NCBI GenBank assembly: GCA_963788375.1
Contig: CAWBGT010000001.1
Location: 7,467 to 71,466, forward strand
DNA from: an uncultured Chloroflexia bacterium
GTDB taxonomy: Bacteria > Chloroflexota > Limnocylindria > Limnocylindrales > CSP1-4
DNA: 64,000 nucleotides
Direction: 5' to 3'
Below are positions 36,686 through 46,431 of this stretch, one piece after another. Position numbers and translations under genes: made by a program. How positions within the stretch are numbered: position 1 is the stretch's first letter; each line of letters starts with the position of its first letter. The notes below the pieces were generated by a model. That model made no database searches and was not told the DNA's origin. It saw only the letters and a program-made list of their open reading frames with translations.

Positions 36686-37489
36686 ATGGCATCCGCAAAG
36701 TCCAAGGCGCTCACAACCGAGGCCATCGACGAGGTCGCATCCGAGGACGTCGCAGCGGGCAACGAGCTGCTCGAAGCCGCCGCCGAAACCGCCCGTGAGG
36801 CCGTGGCCGACGTGGCGGCGGGCGCCGTGGACCTCGCCCAGGGCGTGGACGAGCTGGGTGCCGCCGAGACGATGGAGGGGCTGAGCGAGGTCGCCGCCGA
36901 CCTGGGGGTCCGGGACGCCGCCCGCGGCGCCGAGACCCTCGACGTGTCCGGCGACGTCGCCGCGCTCGGGGAGCTGTTCACGGCGGTGGGCGCCGACAAC
37001 CTGGATCGGGGCATGCTGATGGCCTCGATCTCCGGGCAGCTGGGCGTCGCCGGTGAGGTCGCAAGCCTGATGCAGATGCCCGTGTTCGCGGCGTTCCTCG
37101 ACGGCAAGGGCCGGCAGCTCCATGGGCTTGCCGTCAACGAGATCGGGCGGGCGATGGCTGCCGCGGCGCTGGCCAACGGCATGGAGGCCATGAGCGACCG
37201 GCTGGCGGCGCTCGGCCTCGATGAGCTGGCCGAAGGGGTGCGCGAGCTGCAGGCCGCCGATGCGCTCCTCGACGCGCGTGACGATGCGGCCTCCGATGGC
37301 CTGCGCCGGACGGCTGCCGGCGTCGCGGACCTGTCCGCAGCAGCCGGCGAGGCCCAGGCCACCCGCCAGCTTGCCACCGCGGGCACGGTGATGGTGGAGC
37401 AGGGTGCCCGGGAGGCGGGCATCGCCGAGGGCCTGGAGGCCGCGGGCCAGTCGAAGCGCAAGAAGCCCCGCAAGACCACGAAGAAGTAG
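36686..37489 (+). CDS. hypothetical alanine-rich protein with lysine-rich C-terminal tail
   Basis: ATG at 36686 with GGGAGG RBS inside ORF 36167..37489. Low-complexity Ala/Glu/Gly-rich sequence ending KRKKPRKTTKK. Confidence 0.45.
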   Translation: MASAKSKALTTEAIDEVASEDVAAGNELLEAAAETAREAVADVAAGAVDLAQGVDELGAAETMEGLSEVAADLGVRDAARGAETLDVSGDVAALGELFTAVGADNLDRGMLMASISGQLGVAGEVASLMQMPVFAAFLDGKGRQLHGLAVNEIGRAMAAAALANGMEAMSDRLAALGLDELAEGVRELQAADALLDARDDAASDGLRRTAAGVADLSAAAGEAQATRQLATAGTVMVEQGAREAGIAEGLEAAGQSKRKKPRKTTKK

Positions 37490-37561
37490 CCCGAGCGGGT
37501 CCCGGCGATCGGCCGGCGGGGCCCTACCCGGCGATTGGCGGGCGGGACCAGCGGTGGGTGG

Positions 37562-38476
37562 CTACGCGAACAGCTGGTCCACTGACAGGTACCGCTCGCC
37601 GGTGTCGTACGTGAACGCGAGGATCCGGGCCCCGTCGGCGACCTGCGGCAGGAGCTGGGCGACGGCGGCCAGGGATGCACCCGAGGACACGCCGACCAGC
37701 AGCCCCTCCTCGCTCGCCGCCCGCCGGGCGTAGGCCATCGCGTCCGCGGCCTCCACCTGGAGGATCCCGTCGAGCAGGTCGGGTCGCATCACGCCCGGGA
37801 TGAAGCCCGCGCCGATGCCCTGGATCGGATGGGGAGCATGGGACCCTCCCGACAGCACGGGTGACAGCGTTGGCTCCACCGCCATGACCTTGAGCGACGG
37901 CCAGCGCGGCTTGAGGGCCTCGGCGACGCCGGTGATGTGGCCGCCCGTGCCGACGCCCGTGACGATGTAGTCCAGGCCCTCGGGGAAGTCCCGGGCGATC
38001 TCCTCGGCCGTCGTCCGGCGGTGGACGGCGGGATTGGCCGGATTCTCGAACTGCATCGGGATCCACGCCCCGGGTGTCTGGCCGGCGATCTCGTTGGCGC
38101 GGGCGATGGCTCCCTTCATGCCCAGCTCGCGCGGCGTGAGGTCCAGCTCCGCACCGTAGAGCTGCATCACCTTGCGGCGTTCGACCGACATCGATTCGGG
38201 CATGACCAGGATCACCCGGTAGCCCTTGACCGCGCCCACGAGGGCGAGGCCGATGCCCGTGTTGCCGGACGTGGGTTCGACGATCACGGATCCCGGCCGG
38301 AGGGCTCCGCTGGCCTCGGCGTCCTCGATCATCGCGAGGGCGATCCGGTCCTTGATGCTGCCCCCGGGATTCTGGCGTTCCAGCTTGGCCCAGACGATCA
38401 CGCGTGGGTCGTAGAGACGGTTGATGCGGACGTGCGGCGTGTCGCCGATCGCTTCGAGGACGCTGTTGAAGTTCAC
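37562..38476 (-). CDS. cysK: cysteine synthase A (O-acetylserine sulfhydrylase)
   Basis: PLP-lysine motif [11 protein letters not shown] and glycine loop [11 protein letters not shown] start at 38476 preceded by AGGAGG. Confidence 0.9.
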   Translation of the reverse strand: MNFNSVLEAIGDTPHVRINRLYDPRVIVWAKLERQNPGGSIKDRIALAMIEDAEASGALRPGSVIVEPTSGNTGIGLALVGAVKGYRVILVMPESMSVERRKVMQLYGAELDLTPRELGMKGAIARANEIAGQTPGAWIPMQFENPANPAVHRRTTAEEIARDFPEGLDYIVTGVGTGGHITGVAEALKPRWPSLKVMAVEPTLSPVLSGGSHAPHPIQGIGAGFIPGVMRPDLLDGILQVEAADAMAYARRAASEEGLLVGVSSGASLAAVAQLLPQVADGARILAFTYDTGERYLSVDQLFA

Positions 38477-38489
38477 TGGGGCCTCCTGC

Positions 38490-39377
38490 TCAGATGACGA
38501 AGTCGGTGGGGTCCGCGACCTCGGCCACGGACCGGACGCGGACCTGGCTCTGGTGGTACACGAGCGAGTTGGCGGGGACCGAGTGGGTGAGCCAGACATT
38601 GCCGCCGATGACGGTGTCCGAGCCCACGATGGTGTCGCCACCGAGAACCGTCGCGTTGGCGTAGATGACGACGCGATCCTCGATGGTGGGATGGCGCTTG
38701 GTTCCTGATGCCGCCTTGGACACCGAAAGCGCTCCGAGCGTCACGCCCTGGTAGAGCTTGACGTCGTCGCCGATCACCGCCGTCTCGCCGATGACGACGC
38801 CGGTCCCGTGGTCGATGCAGCAGGCGCGGCCGATGCGCGCAGCCGGATGGATGTCCACCCCCGTCCGGCCGTGGGCGATCTCCGAGATCATGCGCGGCAC
38901 GAGCGGGATGCCCAGCAGGTGGAGGGCATTGGCGATGCGATAGAACGCGAGCGCCTGGAAGCCGGGGTAGGCGAGGACCACCTCCGCGGTCCCGTGGGCG
39001 GCCGGGTCGCCCGCCTCGATCGCCTCCGCGTCCAGCGTCAGCTGCTCGTGGATGGCGGGCAGGCCGGCATGGAACGCGCGGGCGAGCTCATCGGGTGAGG
39101 CGGGGAGCTTGTCGCCGAGCGGCAGGAGGACGGGAAGGAGCGCCTTGCAGCGCGCGTCGAGCTCGGCGTGGATCCCGGCCGGGGTGCGGGGCGCATCCCG
39201 GCCGTCGGGGAAGAGGAGCGTGACCACCCCGTCGGCGAACGCCGCGACGAGATCACGGTCCGGGAGCCTGCGGTAGATCGAGGCCTCGTCCTCGGCGATG
39301 TGTGCGGCGAGCGTGACGAGGTCCATCGGGTGGGACTGGATCCCGGAATCGACCTGGGGTGGGCGGCGTGACGACAT
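38490..39377 (-). CDS. cysE: serine O-acetyltransferase
   Basis: Left-handed beta-helix hexapeptide repeats ([36 protein letters not shown]) and an N-terminal SAT helical domain. The start is uncertain: 39377 or 39326. Confidence 0.8.
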   Translation of the reverse strand: MSSRRPPQVDSGIQSHPMDLVTLAAHIAEDEASIYRRLPDRDLVAAFADGVVTLLFPDGRDAPRTPAGIHAELDARCKALLPVLLPLGDKLPASPDELARAFHAGLPAIHEQLTLDAEAIEAGDPAAHGTAEVVLAYPGFQALAFYRIANALHLLGIPLVPRMISEIAHGRTGVDIHPAARIGRACCIDHGTGVVIGETAVIGDDVKLYQGVTLGALSVSKAASGTKRHPTIEDRVVIYANATVLGGDTIVGSDTVIGGNVWLTHSVPANSLVYHQSQVRVRSVAEVADPTDFVI

Positions 39378-39644
39378 GGGTGGCACCGGGGTTCTCTGGG
39401 GCGGGCCCGGCAATCCGGGTCGCGGGGGAAGGACGAGGGAGGCGCCGCCGCCGCCCATTCGCGGGACCCGATCGGGAGGCCCGGTGCGTGACCGGGCGGG
39501 GCCTCGGGGTCGGGGAACGCTCGAGCGCGGACGTCGCGGGGCGTGCCTGGGATGGGCGGCGTTAGCGCCGCCGTGGACACGCGCAGGAGAACCCGAAGGA
39601 CGCCATGGCTCAACGATGCCGCTGATGGGGCCGCGCGTCAACCG

Positions 39645-40115
39645 TCAGGGCAGGATCGAGAGGAACCCGGAGGCGATGACGCGATTGCTCGAATTGACGA
39701 ACGACACGATCCAGGTGCCTGGCCCGAGGTTGTCGGATGTGAGGTCCGCGACCATGAACGTGGCGTTGGCGGGGTTGTCCATGGCCGTGGGCGGGCGCAA
39801 TGGCTTCGCCGCCCCGCTCGTCTCGAGCCGGACCTGCACGGTGCTGCCGTCAACCGGTGCCAGCGCCCTGCCGACGGCGACGACCGGTTCGCCGGCCTTG
39901 ATCCGCGCCGAGCGGTCCGCCACGGCGAACGAGGACGGGTCGAAGGCGCTGCCGAAGAAGACGGAGCTGCCCGGCGGGACCTCGCCGTTGGTCACCGTGG
40001 CCGCCCCCGGGACGCTCGCCGCCGCGTCGCCACCAGCGCTCGAGCCGCCGCCGCACGCAGCCACCCCGAGTGCCAGGACCAGGATCAGGACCGAGAGCGC
40101 CGGGAATCGCAGCAT
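39645..40115 (-). CDS. hypothetical lipoprotein
   Basis: Internal start MLRFPALSVLILVLALGVAACGGGSS gives a signal peptide with a lipobox Cys. Confidence 0.5.
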   Translation of the reverse strand: MLRFPALSVLILVLALGVAACGGGSSAGGDAAASVPGAATVTNGEVPPGSSVFFGSAFDPSSFAVADRSARIKAGEPVVAVGRALAPVDGSTVQVRLETSGAAKPLRPPTAMDNPANATFMVADLTSDNLGPGTWIVSFVNSSNRVIASGFLSILP

Positions 40116-40233
40116 CGATGCCTCCGTGGACGCGCGCCGGTTCCTCCGGTGGGTGGTCGACCATCCAGCCCACTCCGGCGCGTTGTTGCGGGGAGCGTCC
40201 ACGATGTCCGGGCCCACGTCAAGTCGGGGGACC

Positions 40234-40605
40234 TCAGGCCAGCACGACCACCATTGCCCGCCACGGCTTGTCGCCCACGACCCGCGTCCGGTGGCCGGCC
40301 CCGTGCGTGTCCTCCAGGAGCACCGCCGCGCCGGGCTCGAACCGGCGGACCTCGCCATCGGTCGTCACCGCCTCCACCGTGCCGGTCATCATCACCACCC
40401 ACTGGCGCGCGGGTGCCGGGTGGGGAGGGGAGTCCCAGCCTGCCGGGGCGCCGATGAACCGGACCTCGCGGGCGCCGGCGATCACGGACATGCCGAGCGG
40501 TGGAGCCGGAGGCGCGAAGTCGCCGTCCTTGAGGTCGGCCGACGCATCGACGAACCGGCTGCCCGCGTCGGGCGTGGCGATGATGCGCACGAACGGCACC
40601 CGCAT
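40234..40605 (-). CDS. cupin-domain protein
   Basis: 123-aa ORF immediately downstream of the GMC oxidoreductase gene, in the same orientation; beta-barrel-like sequence. Confidence 0.45.
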   Translation of the reverse strand: MRVPFVRIIATPDAGSRFVDASADLKDGDFAPPAPPLGMSVIAGAREVRFIGAPAGWDSPPHPAPARQWVVMMTGTVEAVTTDGEVRRFEPGAAVLLEDTHGAGHRTRVVGDKPWRAMVVVLA

Positions 40606-42495
40606 CTAGGTGGCCGCCGCCATCCGGGTCGCCGTCCGGCGGGCCAGGGCCATCAGCGACAGCACCGGATTCACCCCGGTGGCGGTGGGCATGGCGCTGG
40701 CGTCGGTCACGAACAGCCCACGGACCCCGTGCACCTGTCCGTCCGGATCCGCGACGCTGCTCCGGGGGCTGTGCCCGATCCGGCACGAGGACATCTGATG
40801 CGCCGTGAACAGCAGGACGCGATTCGCCTCGATCGAGCGCGCCTCCAGGCGCCGGAGGTATGACCCGAACGGCTGCCCGGTCCGCCACTCCAGGGGGGGC
40901 GTCACCAGCGGGACGATCCGCTCGGCCCCGGCCGCCTGGTGCAGCCTGGCCATCTCGAGCGACGCGCGGCGCATGAGGTCCAGCTCCTGGGCACCGGGGG
41001 CATAGCGCACGGTGACCGCTCCGTCGCGGCCGACGTCCACGCGCCCGGTGCCCCGGTCGCGGACGATGGCCAGGAAGGCAGCCGTCCGGTCACACTGGGC
41101 CATGATCTCGCGGTGACCGGCGCTGTCCCACCACGGGAACCCGCTGGCGATCAGCCCGGGGTGCGTCGGCGCCGCCTCGAGCCGGAAGCCCCACGTCCCG
41201 GCCAGCTCGGCGTAGGCGTCGCTCATCACGCTCTGCGGGACGCCCGACCAGGGAGACATGGGCTCCGGGTACACGCCCGCAAGCGCGATGACCGGGTGGA
41301 TGTGCAGGGTCCGGCCGGCCGTCCCCGCGGCGATCCCGGAGCGCTGCAGCACGACGGGGGACAGGATCGACCCGCCCGCCAGCGCGACCATCGGTGCGCG
41401 CACGGTGATCTGGCCACCGGGCACGCGCGCCGTGACGCCGGCCGCGCGCCCGTGCTCCACCAGCACCCGCAGGACCTCCGTGCGATCGAGCACCTCGGCA
41501 CCGCGCTCGCAGGCGGAGGCCAGCGAGCGCCGCAGCACGGACTGCTTGGCACCGCTCCGGCAGCCGACCGCGCAGGGACCACAGTCTCCGCAGTCGCGCA
41601 CGTTGCGCGGGATCACCTGGTGTGGGAGGCCGAGCGCGTCGAGGCCGGCGGCCAGCCTGCCGTTGGGGCCGTTGTGGGCGCTCTCGGCCGTGGTGACGTG
41701 GATGTCCTCCTCGATCGCCGCGTAGTGGATGTCGAGGTCGTCGCCGACGCCGGCTGCCCGCCACTCGTCGCGAACCGCCGCCGGTGCCCGGAGCGAGGAC
41801 GCCCAGTTGACGACTGACCCGCCACCCACCGCGCTCCCGGCGCGGATGGAGATCCAGCGGTCGCTCGTCGCGGCGAGTCCCCGGTCCAGGAACAGGGCCC
41901 CGAGGCCGTCGAGCTCCGGTCCGCCGAACCTGTCCTCGGTGACCATGGTGGCCCGCTCGAGGACGAGGACACGCCTGCCGGCGCCGGCCATGACCGCGGC
42001 CGTGACGCCGCCGCCCGGCCCGGACCCGATGACGACCACGTCCGCCTCGAGGGTCTCGCCCGGCTGCGGGGTTCGCACGCTGACGCGACTGAGGCTGGGG
42101 GCATCCGGGACGGGCGCCACGTACCCTGTCCGGGCCCGCCATGGCGAGTCCTCGATCCCATAGGCGAGCAGCAGCGTGAGGCGCTTGAGGTCCTGGAACG
42201 CGGTGCGCTTGAGCGGGACGGAGCTGCCGCCGAGGCGCCGCATGAATGCCTCGCGGCCCTCCTGGTCGAGGTCCGCGATCCTGCCCGGGCGGCCGCCCAC
42301 GGCGAGCGTGCCGATGCGCGAGCCCATCGCCCACAGGAGCATGTCCAGCTGGCGCCGCAGCGCCGGCTTGCCCAGCGCGTCCACCTCGGCGAGGAGTCGG
42401 TGGTGGATGCCGAGCTCGCTCGCCGACGGCAGTCCCTCAGCGGCGGGGACGAATGCGTCGACGACGGCGGCCAGGGTTCGATCGCGCGCGGTCAT
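40606..42495 (-). CDS. GMC-family FAD-dependent oxidoreductase
   Basis: Internal start MTARDR at codon 75 of ORF 40606..42717. ADVVVIGSGPGGGV FAD motif; C-terminal GMC motifs (HQMSSCRIG, GLFVTDASAMPTATGVNP). Confidence 0.85.
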   Translation of the reverse strand: MTARDRTLAAVVDAFVPAAEGLPSASELGIHHRLLAEVDALGKPALRRQLDMLLWAMGSRIGTLAVGGRPGRIADLDQEGREAFMRRLGGSSVPLKRTAFQDLKRLTLLLAYGIEDSPWRARTGYVAPVPDAPSLSRVSVRTPQPGETLEADVVVIGSGPGGGVTAAVMAGAGRRVLVLERATMVTEDRFGGPELDGLGALFLDRGLAATSDRWISIRAGSAVGGGSVVNWASSLRAPAAVRDEWRAAGVGDDLDIHYAAIEEDIHVTTAESAHNGPNGRLAAGLDALGLPHQVIPRNVRDCGDCGPCAVGCRSGAKQSVLRRSLASACERGAEVLDRTEVLRVLVEHGRAAGVTARVPGGQITVRAPMVALAGGSILSPVVLQRSGIAAGTAGRTLHIHPVIALAGVYPEPMSPWSGVPQSVMSDAYAELAGTWGFRLEAAPTHPGLIASGFPWWDSAGHREIMAQCDRTAAFLAIVRDRGTGRVDVGRDGAVTVRYAPGAQELDLMRRASLEMARLHQAAGAERIVPLVTPPLEWRTGQPFGSYLRRLEARSIEANRVLLFTAHQMSSCRIGHSPRSSVADPDGQVHGVRGLFVTDASAMPTATGVNPVLSLMALARRTATRMAAAT

Positions 42496-42605
42496 GGCGG
42501 CGAGACTAGCGTGCCGTGATGGCCGCCGTTGCCGTTTCGCGTCGCCGTCCTCCCGGCGTCCCCGTGGTTCCCGCTCACGGTCGGGACCACGTATGCTCCG
42601 GGCAC

Positions 42606-43130
42606 ATGGCTGCCTCCCGCCCGAAACCCGACGCGGACCCGGAGCAACCCACCGGTCCCTCCGGCGCGTCCGCCGTGGAGGCGGCCCACGGTGCGCCGGC
42701 CGCCGAGCCCGCCGCAACCCTCGGCATCGCCTCGGCCTTCGATGTCCACGGCGCCCCGGTCCATCGTGGCTGGGCCCAGGTCGGCGCGCATCATCGCTGG
42801 ATGGAGCCGTTCGTGCTCGCGCTGCTCACCAGCGGCTCGGTCCACGGCTACGCGATCGTGGGCGACCTGGCCCAGCTGGGGATCACCAACGGGGCCGTGG
42901 ATGTCGGCCAGGTCTACCGGACGCTGCGCGACCTGGAGAAGGCCGGCCAGGTGCGGTCGGCGTGGACGACCGGGTCTGGGCCTGCCCGACGCGAGTACGA
43001 GCTGACCGAGGCCGGCTGGGCCGCGCTGGACGAGTGGGCCGCCGTGATGAAGGAGCGGACCCGCCTGGTGGCGGAGTTCGATGCGCTCTATCTCGAGTGG
43101 GTGGCCCGGCCACGGCCGTCCGCCACGTAG
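42606..43130 (+). CDS. PadR-family transcriptional regulator
   Basis: FVLALLTSGSVHGYAIVGDL...YRTLRDLEKAGQVRS...REYELTEAG is the PadR winged helix. Confidence 0.75.
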   Translation: MAASRPKPDADPEQPTGPSGASAVEAAHGAPAAEPAATLGIASAFDVHGAPVHRGWAQVGAHHRWMEPFVLALLTSGSVHGYAIVGDLAQLGITNGAVDVGQVYRTLRDLEKAGQVRSAWTTGSGPARREYELTEAGWAALDEWAAVMKERTRLVAEFDALYLEWVARPRPSAT

Positions 43131-43154
43131 CACACAAAGGGAGACACCCTGCCG

Positions 43155-44105
43155 ATGGTGGGTCAGGAACCGGGAGACGAGTCGGGCTGGGAGGCGTTCG
43201 AGGTACGCCTTGCGGCCGCGCTGGAGCGCATGCTGCCAGAGACGTTCCTCATCGTCATCCTGCCGCCGCGGACGCGCCAGGGCACGGGTCCGTACGTCCA
43301 GTACGCCCACAGCGGCCGCCAGGGGTTCCGCGCCGAAGCGTCCGCCAACCAGCACCTGGCGCCGGCCCACGCGCTGACGCCGGAGTCCGAGGAGCGCCTG
43401 GGTGAGCTCGGCTGGCAGTGGCCCGAGATGTCCGGGACCGGCGGCGACCGCAACTTCCACCGCGAGTGGCCCAACCCCGCGCCGTGGCGCGAGGTGGCAG
43501 CCCTGACGGTCAGGACCTTGCGCGACGTGTTCGGGGTGCCGTCGCCCGCGCTCCTCCGCTACCTCCATCGAGGATTCCCCGGGTTCGAGGGCCGCCTGCC
43601 GGTCCTTGGGCTGGGCATCCGTGCGGAGCGCCTCCCGAAGACCCGCGGCGAAGCCGAGCCCGAGGGCCCGATGCCCGCGCTCGCCGGCCTCAACCGGCGG
43701 CTGGAGGATGCGCTCAAGGCATTCCTGGGGCTACCCGAGCTCATCAGGGATCGTGATGGCGACATCCCGGTGCGGGTCGGAAGTGCGCTCATGTACGTGC
43801 GCGCGGTGGCAGGGACGCCGCCGCTCGTGCAGCTGTTCGCGACCGTGCTCGACGAGGTGGACCTCACCCTGCCGCTGCTGGAGGCGCTCAACGACATCAA
43901 CCGCCGGATCCTGTTCGGGCGGATCTTCTGGGGCCATCGCGGCCTAACGGTTGCCATGGAGATCACCGGGGTGGGCCTGAGCCCCGAGCAGGTCGCATTC
44001 GCGTGCGTGCAGCTGGGCAACCTCGCCGACCACCTGGACACCGAGCTGCGCCAGCGGTTCGGACCACCCGACGGCGACGGACCGAAGCGCCCGCTGGTCA
44101 ACTGA
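43155..44105 (+). CDS. YbjN-domain (T3SS-chaperone-like putative sensory transduction regulator) protein, two-domain
   Basis: 316-aa ORF. The C-terminal half (IPVRVGSALMYVRAVAGTPPLVQLFATVLDEVDLTLPLLEALNDIN) resembles the YbjN family. Confidence 0.45.
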   Translation: MVGQEPGDESGWEAFEVRLAAALERMLPETFLIVILPPRTRQGTGPYVQYAHSGRQGFRAEASANQHLAPAHALTPESEERLGELGWQWPEMSGTGGDRNFHREWPNPAPWREVAALTVRTLRDVFGVPSPALLRYLHRGFPGFEGRLPVLGLGIRAERLPKTRGEAEPEGPMPALAGLNRRLEDALKAFLGLPELIRDRDGDIPVRVGSALMYVRAVAGTPPLVQLFATVLDEVDLTLPLLEALNDINRRILFGRIFWGHRGLTVAMEITGVGLSPEQVAFACVQLGNLADHLDTELRQRFGPPDGDGPKRPLVN

Positions 44106-44106
44106 G

Positions 44107-44784
44107 GTGGGCGACATGGACCAGGCGCCGGACTCCACCGCGTCCGACGGGACGACGGCGTCCCACCGGACCGCGTCCGGCCCTTCGCGGCGCGAGCTGT
44201 GGGACGCCCGGCACGCCTCGCGGGCTCCCATCGAGGCGCATGAGGCTGACCCCACGCTGGTCGCGATCGCCGCGGACCTGCCGCCCGGGCGCGCCCTGGA
44301 CCTGGGCACCGGTGATGGGAGGAACGCCATCCACCTGGCCGCGAGCGGGTGGCGAGTGACGGCCGCGGACTTCTCGCAGGTCGCGCTCGAGCGTGCCTCC
44401 GCCTCCGCCGCCACGGCGGGCGTGGACGTCGGCTGGCGGCTGGAGGACCTCCTCACCTTTGAACCGGAGCGGGGCGGCTTCGACCTCGTGCTCCTGGTGT
44501 TCATCCACCTGCCCGGTCACGAGCGTCGTGCAGTCTATGCACGGGCCGCGGCAGCAGTGGCCCGGGGCGGGATTCTCCTGGTGGTCGGGCATGACCGGCT
44601 CAACCTGACTGGCGGCGTCGGTGGGCCGCAGGACCCGGACGTCCTGTTCGTGCCGACCGAGGTCGTCGCGGACCTGCCGGAGGGGTTTGTGGTGGTCCGT
44701 GCCGAAACGGTGCGCCGCGAAGCGGGCGGTGCGGGCGGTGCGGTCCCGATCGATGCCGTCGTGGTCGCGCGCCGGACGGTCTGA
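44107..44784 (+). CDS. class I SAM-dependent methyltransferase
   Basis: Motif I LDLGTGDGRNAIHLA and LLVVGHD within a Rossmann fold. Confidence 0.75.
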   Translation: MGDMDQAPDSTASDGTTASHRTASGPSRRELWDARHASRAPIEAHEADPTLVAIAADLPPGRALDLGTGDGRNAIHLAASGWRVTAADFSQVALERASASAATAGVDVGWRLEDLLTFEPERGGFDLVLLVFIHLPGHERRAVYARAAAAVARGGILLVVGHDRLNLTGGVGGPQDPDVLFVPTEVVADLPEGFVVVRAETVRREAGGAGGAVPIDAVVVARRTV

Positions 44785-44926
44785 CCCGGGCTGGGACCGC
44801 CACGGTCCTCCGTCGATCCTCCACGGACCCTTCACCGGGACTCCACGCGCAGCAACGAGGATTGTCAGCGGCACCGAGACTCGGGCCGCCGCCAGCCGGC
44901 ACCTGAACCTGCGGAACAAGACCATC

Positions 44927-45619
44927 ATGAGGCGTCTCGCCATCTCCCTGTCCGTCGCCGCCCTTACCGCCCTCGGGACGGTCGCGGCCGTCTCGGCCGC
45001 GGATCCGACGGCCGCTCCGACACCCGCGGCGACCGCGACCCCGGCGGCAACCCCGGCCACGGATCCGGCCCCGGCCACGGATCCGGCCCCGGCCACGGAT
45101 CCGGCCCCGGCCACGGATCCGGCCCCGGTGGTCAACGGTCCGGCGACCGGCACCATCTCGGGGATCCTCGGCCTCAGCCAGGCCGAGATCCAGCAGCTCC
45201 GTCTCGAGGGCAAGACGCTGGCCCAGATGGCGGCGGACAAGGGGATCGACCCGCAGCGCCTGGTCGATGCGCTCGCCGCACGATGGGGCGCACGAATCGA
45301 CGCTCGACTCGCTGCCGGTGCCATCACGGTCGACGAGGCCGCTGCGCTCAAGGCAAACGTGTCGGTCCAGGCCAAGGCCATGGTCAACCAGGCGGCCGCC
45401 GGCGGCATGCGCGGCGGTGCCGTGGGTGCCGGCCCGGGTGCCATGGGTGGCCACGGGGCGATGAATGGACAGGGGGCGATGAACGGGCGGGGCCAGAGTC
45501 GTGACGGCACGGCAGGCGGTGGCATGGGCGGCAGCATGGGCCGGCACGGCGCCCGTGCCGGCTCCGCAGCAGGGTCGGGGACCTGCCCACTGACCGCCAC
45601 GTCCGCGACGCACTCCTGA
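44927..45619 (+). CDS. secreted protein with (P-A-T-D-P-A) x4 repeat and Gly/Met/His-rich C-terminal tail
   Basis: ATG at 44927 gives signal peptide MRRLAISLSVAALTALGTVAAVSAA. 18-bp DNA repeat ggatccggccccggccac x4 at 45060-45130. Tail contains GGHGAMNGQGAMNG and GGMGGSMGRHG. Confidence 0.55.
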   Translation: MRRLAISLSVAALTALGTVAAVSAADPTAAPTPAATATPAATPATDPAPATDPAPATDPAPATDPAPVVNGPATGTISGILGLSQAEIQQLRLEGKTLAQMAADKGIDPQRLVDALAARWGARIDARLAAGAITVDEAAALKANVSVQAKAMVNQAAAGGMRGGAVGAGPGAMGGHGAMNGQGAMNGRGQSRDGTAGGGMGGSMGRHGARAGSAAGSGTCPLTATSATHS

Positions 45620-45684
45620 TCGATCCCCACCGGGGCGTCGCCGGTCCATTTGACGTGCCGGTGGCGTCCCCGGATGCTCGTCCC

Positions 45685-46431
45685 ATGTCACGCATCCTCG
45701 TCGTGGACGACGAGCCCCACATCCTCGAGGTCGTCCGGGCCTATCTCGCCCGGGACGGCCACGACGTGCTCACGACGGCTGACGGGACAACCGCCCTCGA
45801 GCTTGCCCTGGGAGCGTCGCCCGACCTGGTGGTCCTGGACGTCATGCTGCCCGGCCGGTCCGGCTTCGACGTCCTGCGCGAGCTCCGCCGCTCGGGGAGC
45901 GCCGTGCCGGTGATCCTGCTCACGGCCCGGGACGACGTGATCGATCGGGTGGCCGGCCTCGAGATCGGGGCCGACGACTACGTCACCAAGCCATTCGAGC
46001 CGCGCGAGCTCGTCGCACGCGTCAGCGCGGTCCTGCGGCGGACCCAGGCGGTCGGCGACGCAAGCTCAGGCTCTGCGGCCGCGGGAGACCGCGCCGCCAC
46101 CCCGGCCGCACCCGCGTGGGACCCTCCGAAGGTCACGACCTGGTTCGACCTCGAGATCGATCCTGCCGCCCGCGACGTCCGGCGGGACGCCGCCGCGTTG
46201 CCACTCACCCGCGCCGAGTTCGATCTGCTCCTCGCGTTCGCCGGGCGCCCGGGCGTCGCCCTCACCCGCGAACAGCTCGGCGAGCACGTCTTCGGCGAGG
46301 CGTTCGACGCCTTCGACCGGACGATCGACAGCCACGTCAAGAACCTCCGCCACAAGCTGGGCAGCCGGCCGGGCGGCGAGGCCTACATCGAGACGGTCCG
46401 CGGTGTTGGCTATCGCGGAGCTCGGCCGTGA
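45685..46431 (+). CDS. OmpR-family response regulator
   Basis: Receiver ILVVDDEP and VVLDVMLPGRSG; winged-helix C-terminus TVRGVGYR. Confidence 0.9.
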   Translation: MSRILVVDDEPHILEVVRAYLARDGHDVLTTADGTTALELALGASPDLVVLDVMLPGRSGFDVLRELRRSGSAVPVILLTARDDVIDRVAGLEIGADDYVTKPFEPRELVARVSAVLRRTQAVGDASSGSAAAGDRAATPAAPAWDPPKVTTWFDLEIDPAARDVRRDAAALPLTRAEFDLLLAFAGRPGVALTREQLGEHVFGEAFDAFDRTIDSHVKNLRHKLGSRPGGEAYIETVRGVGYRGARP

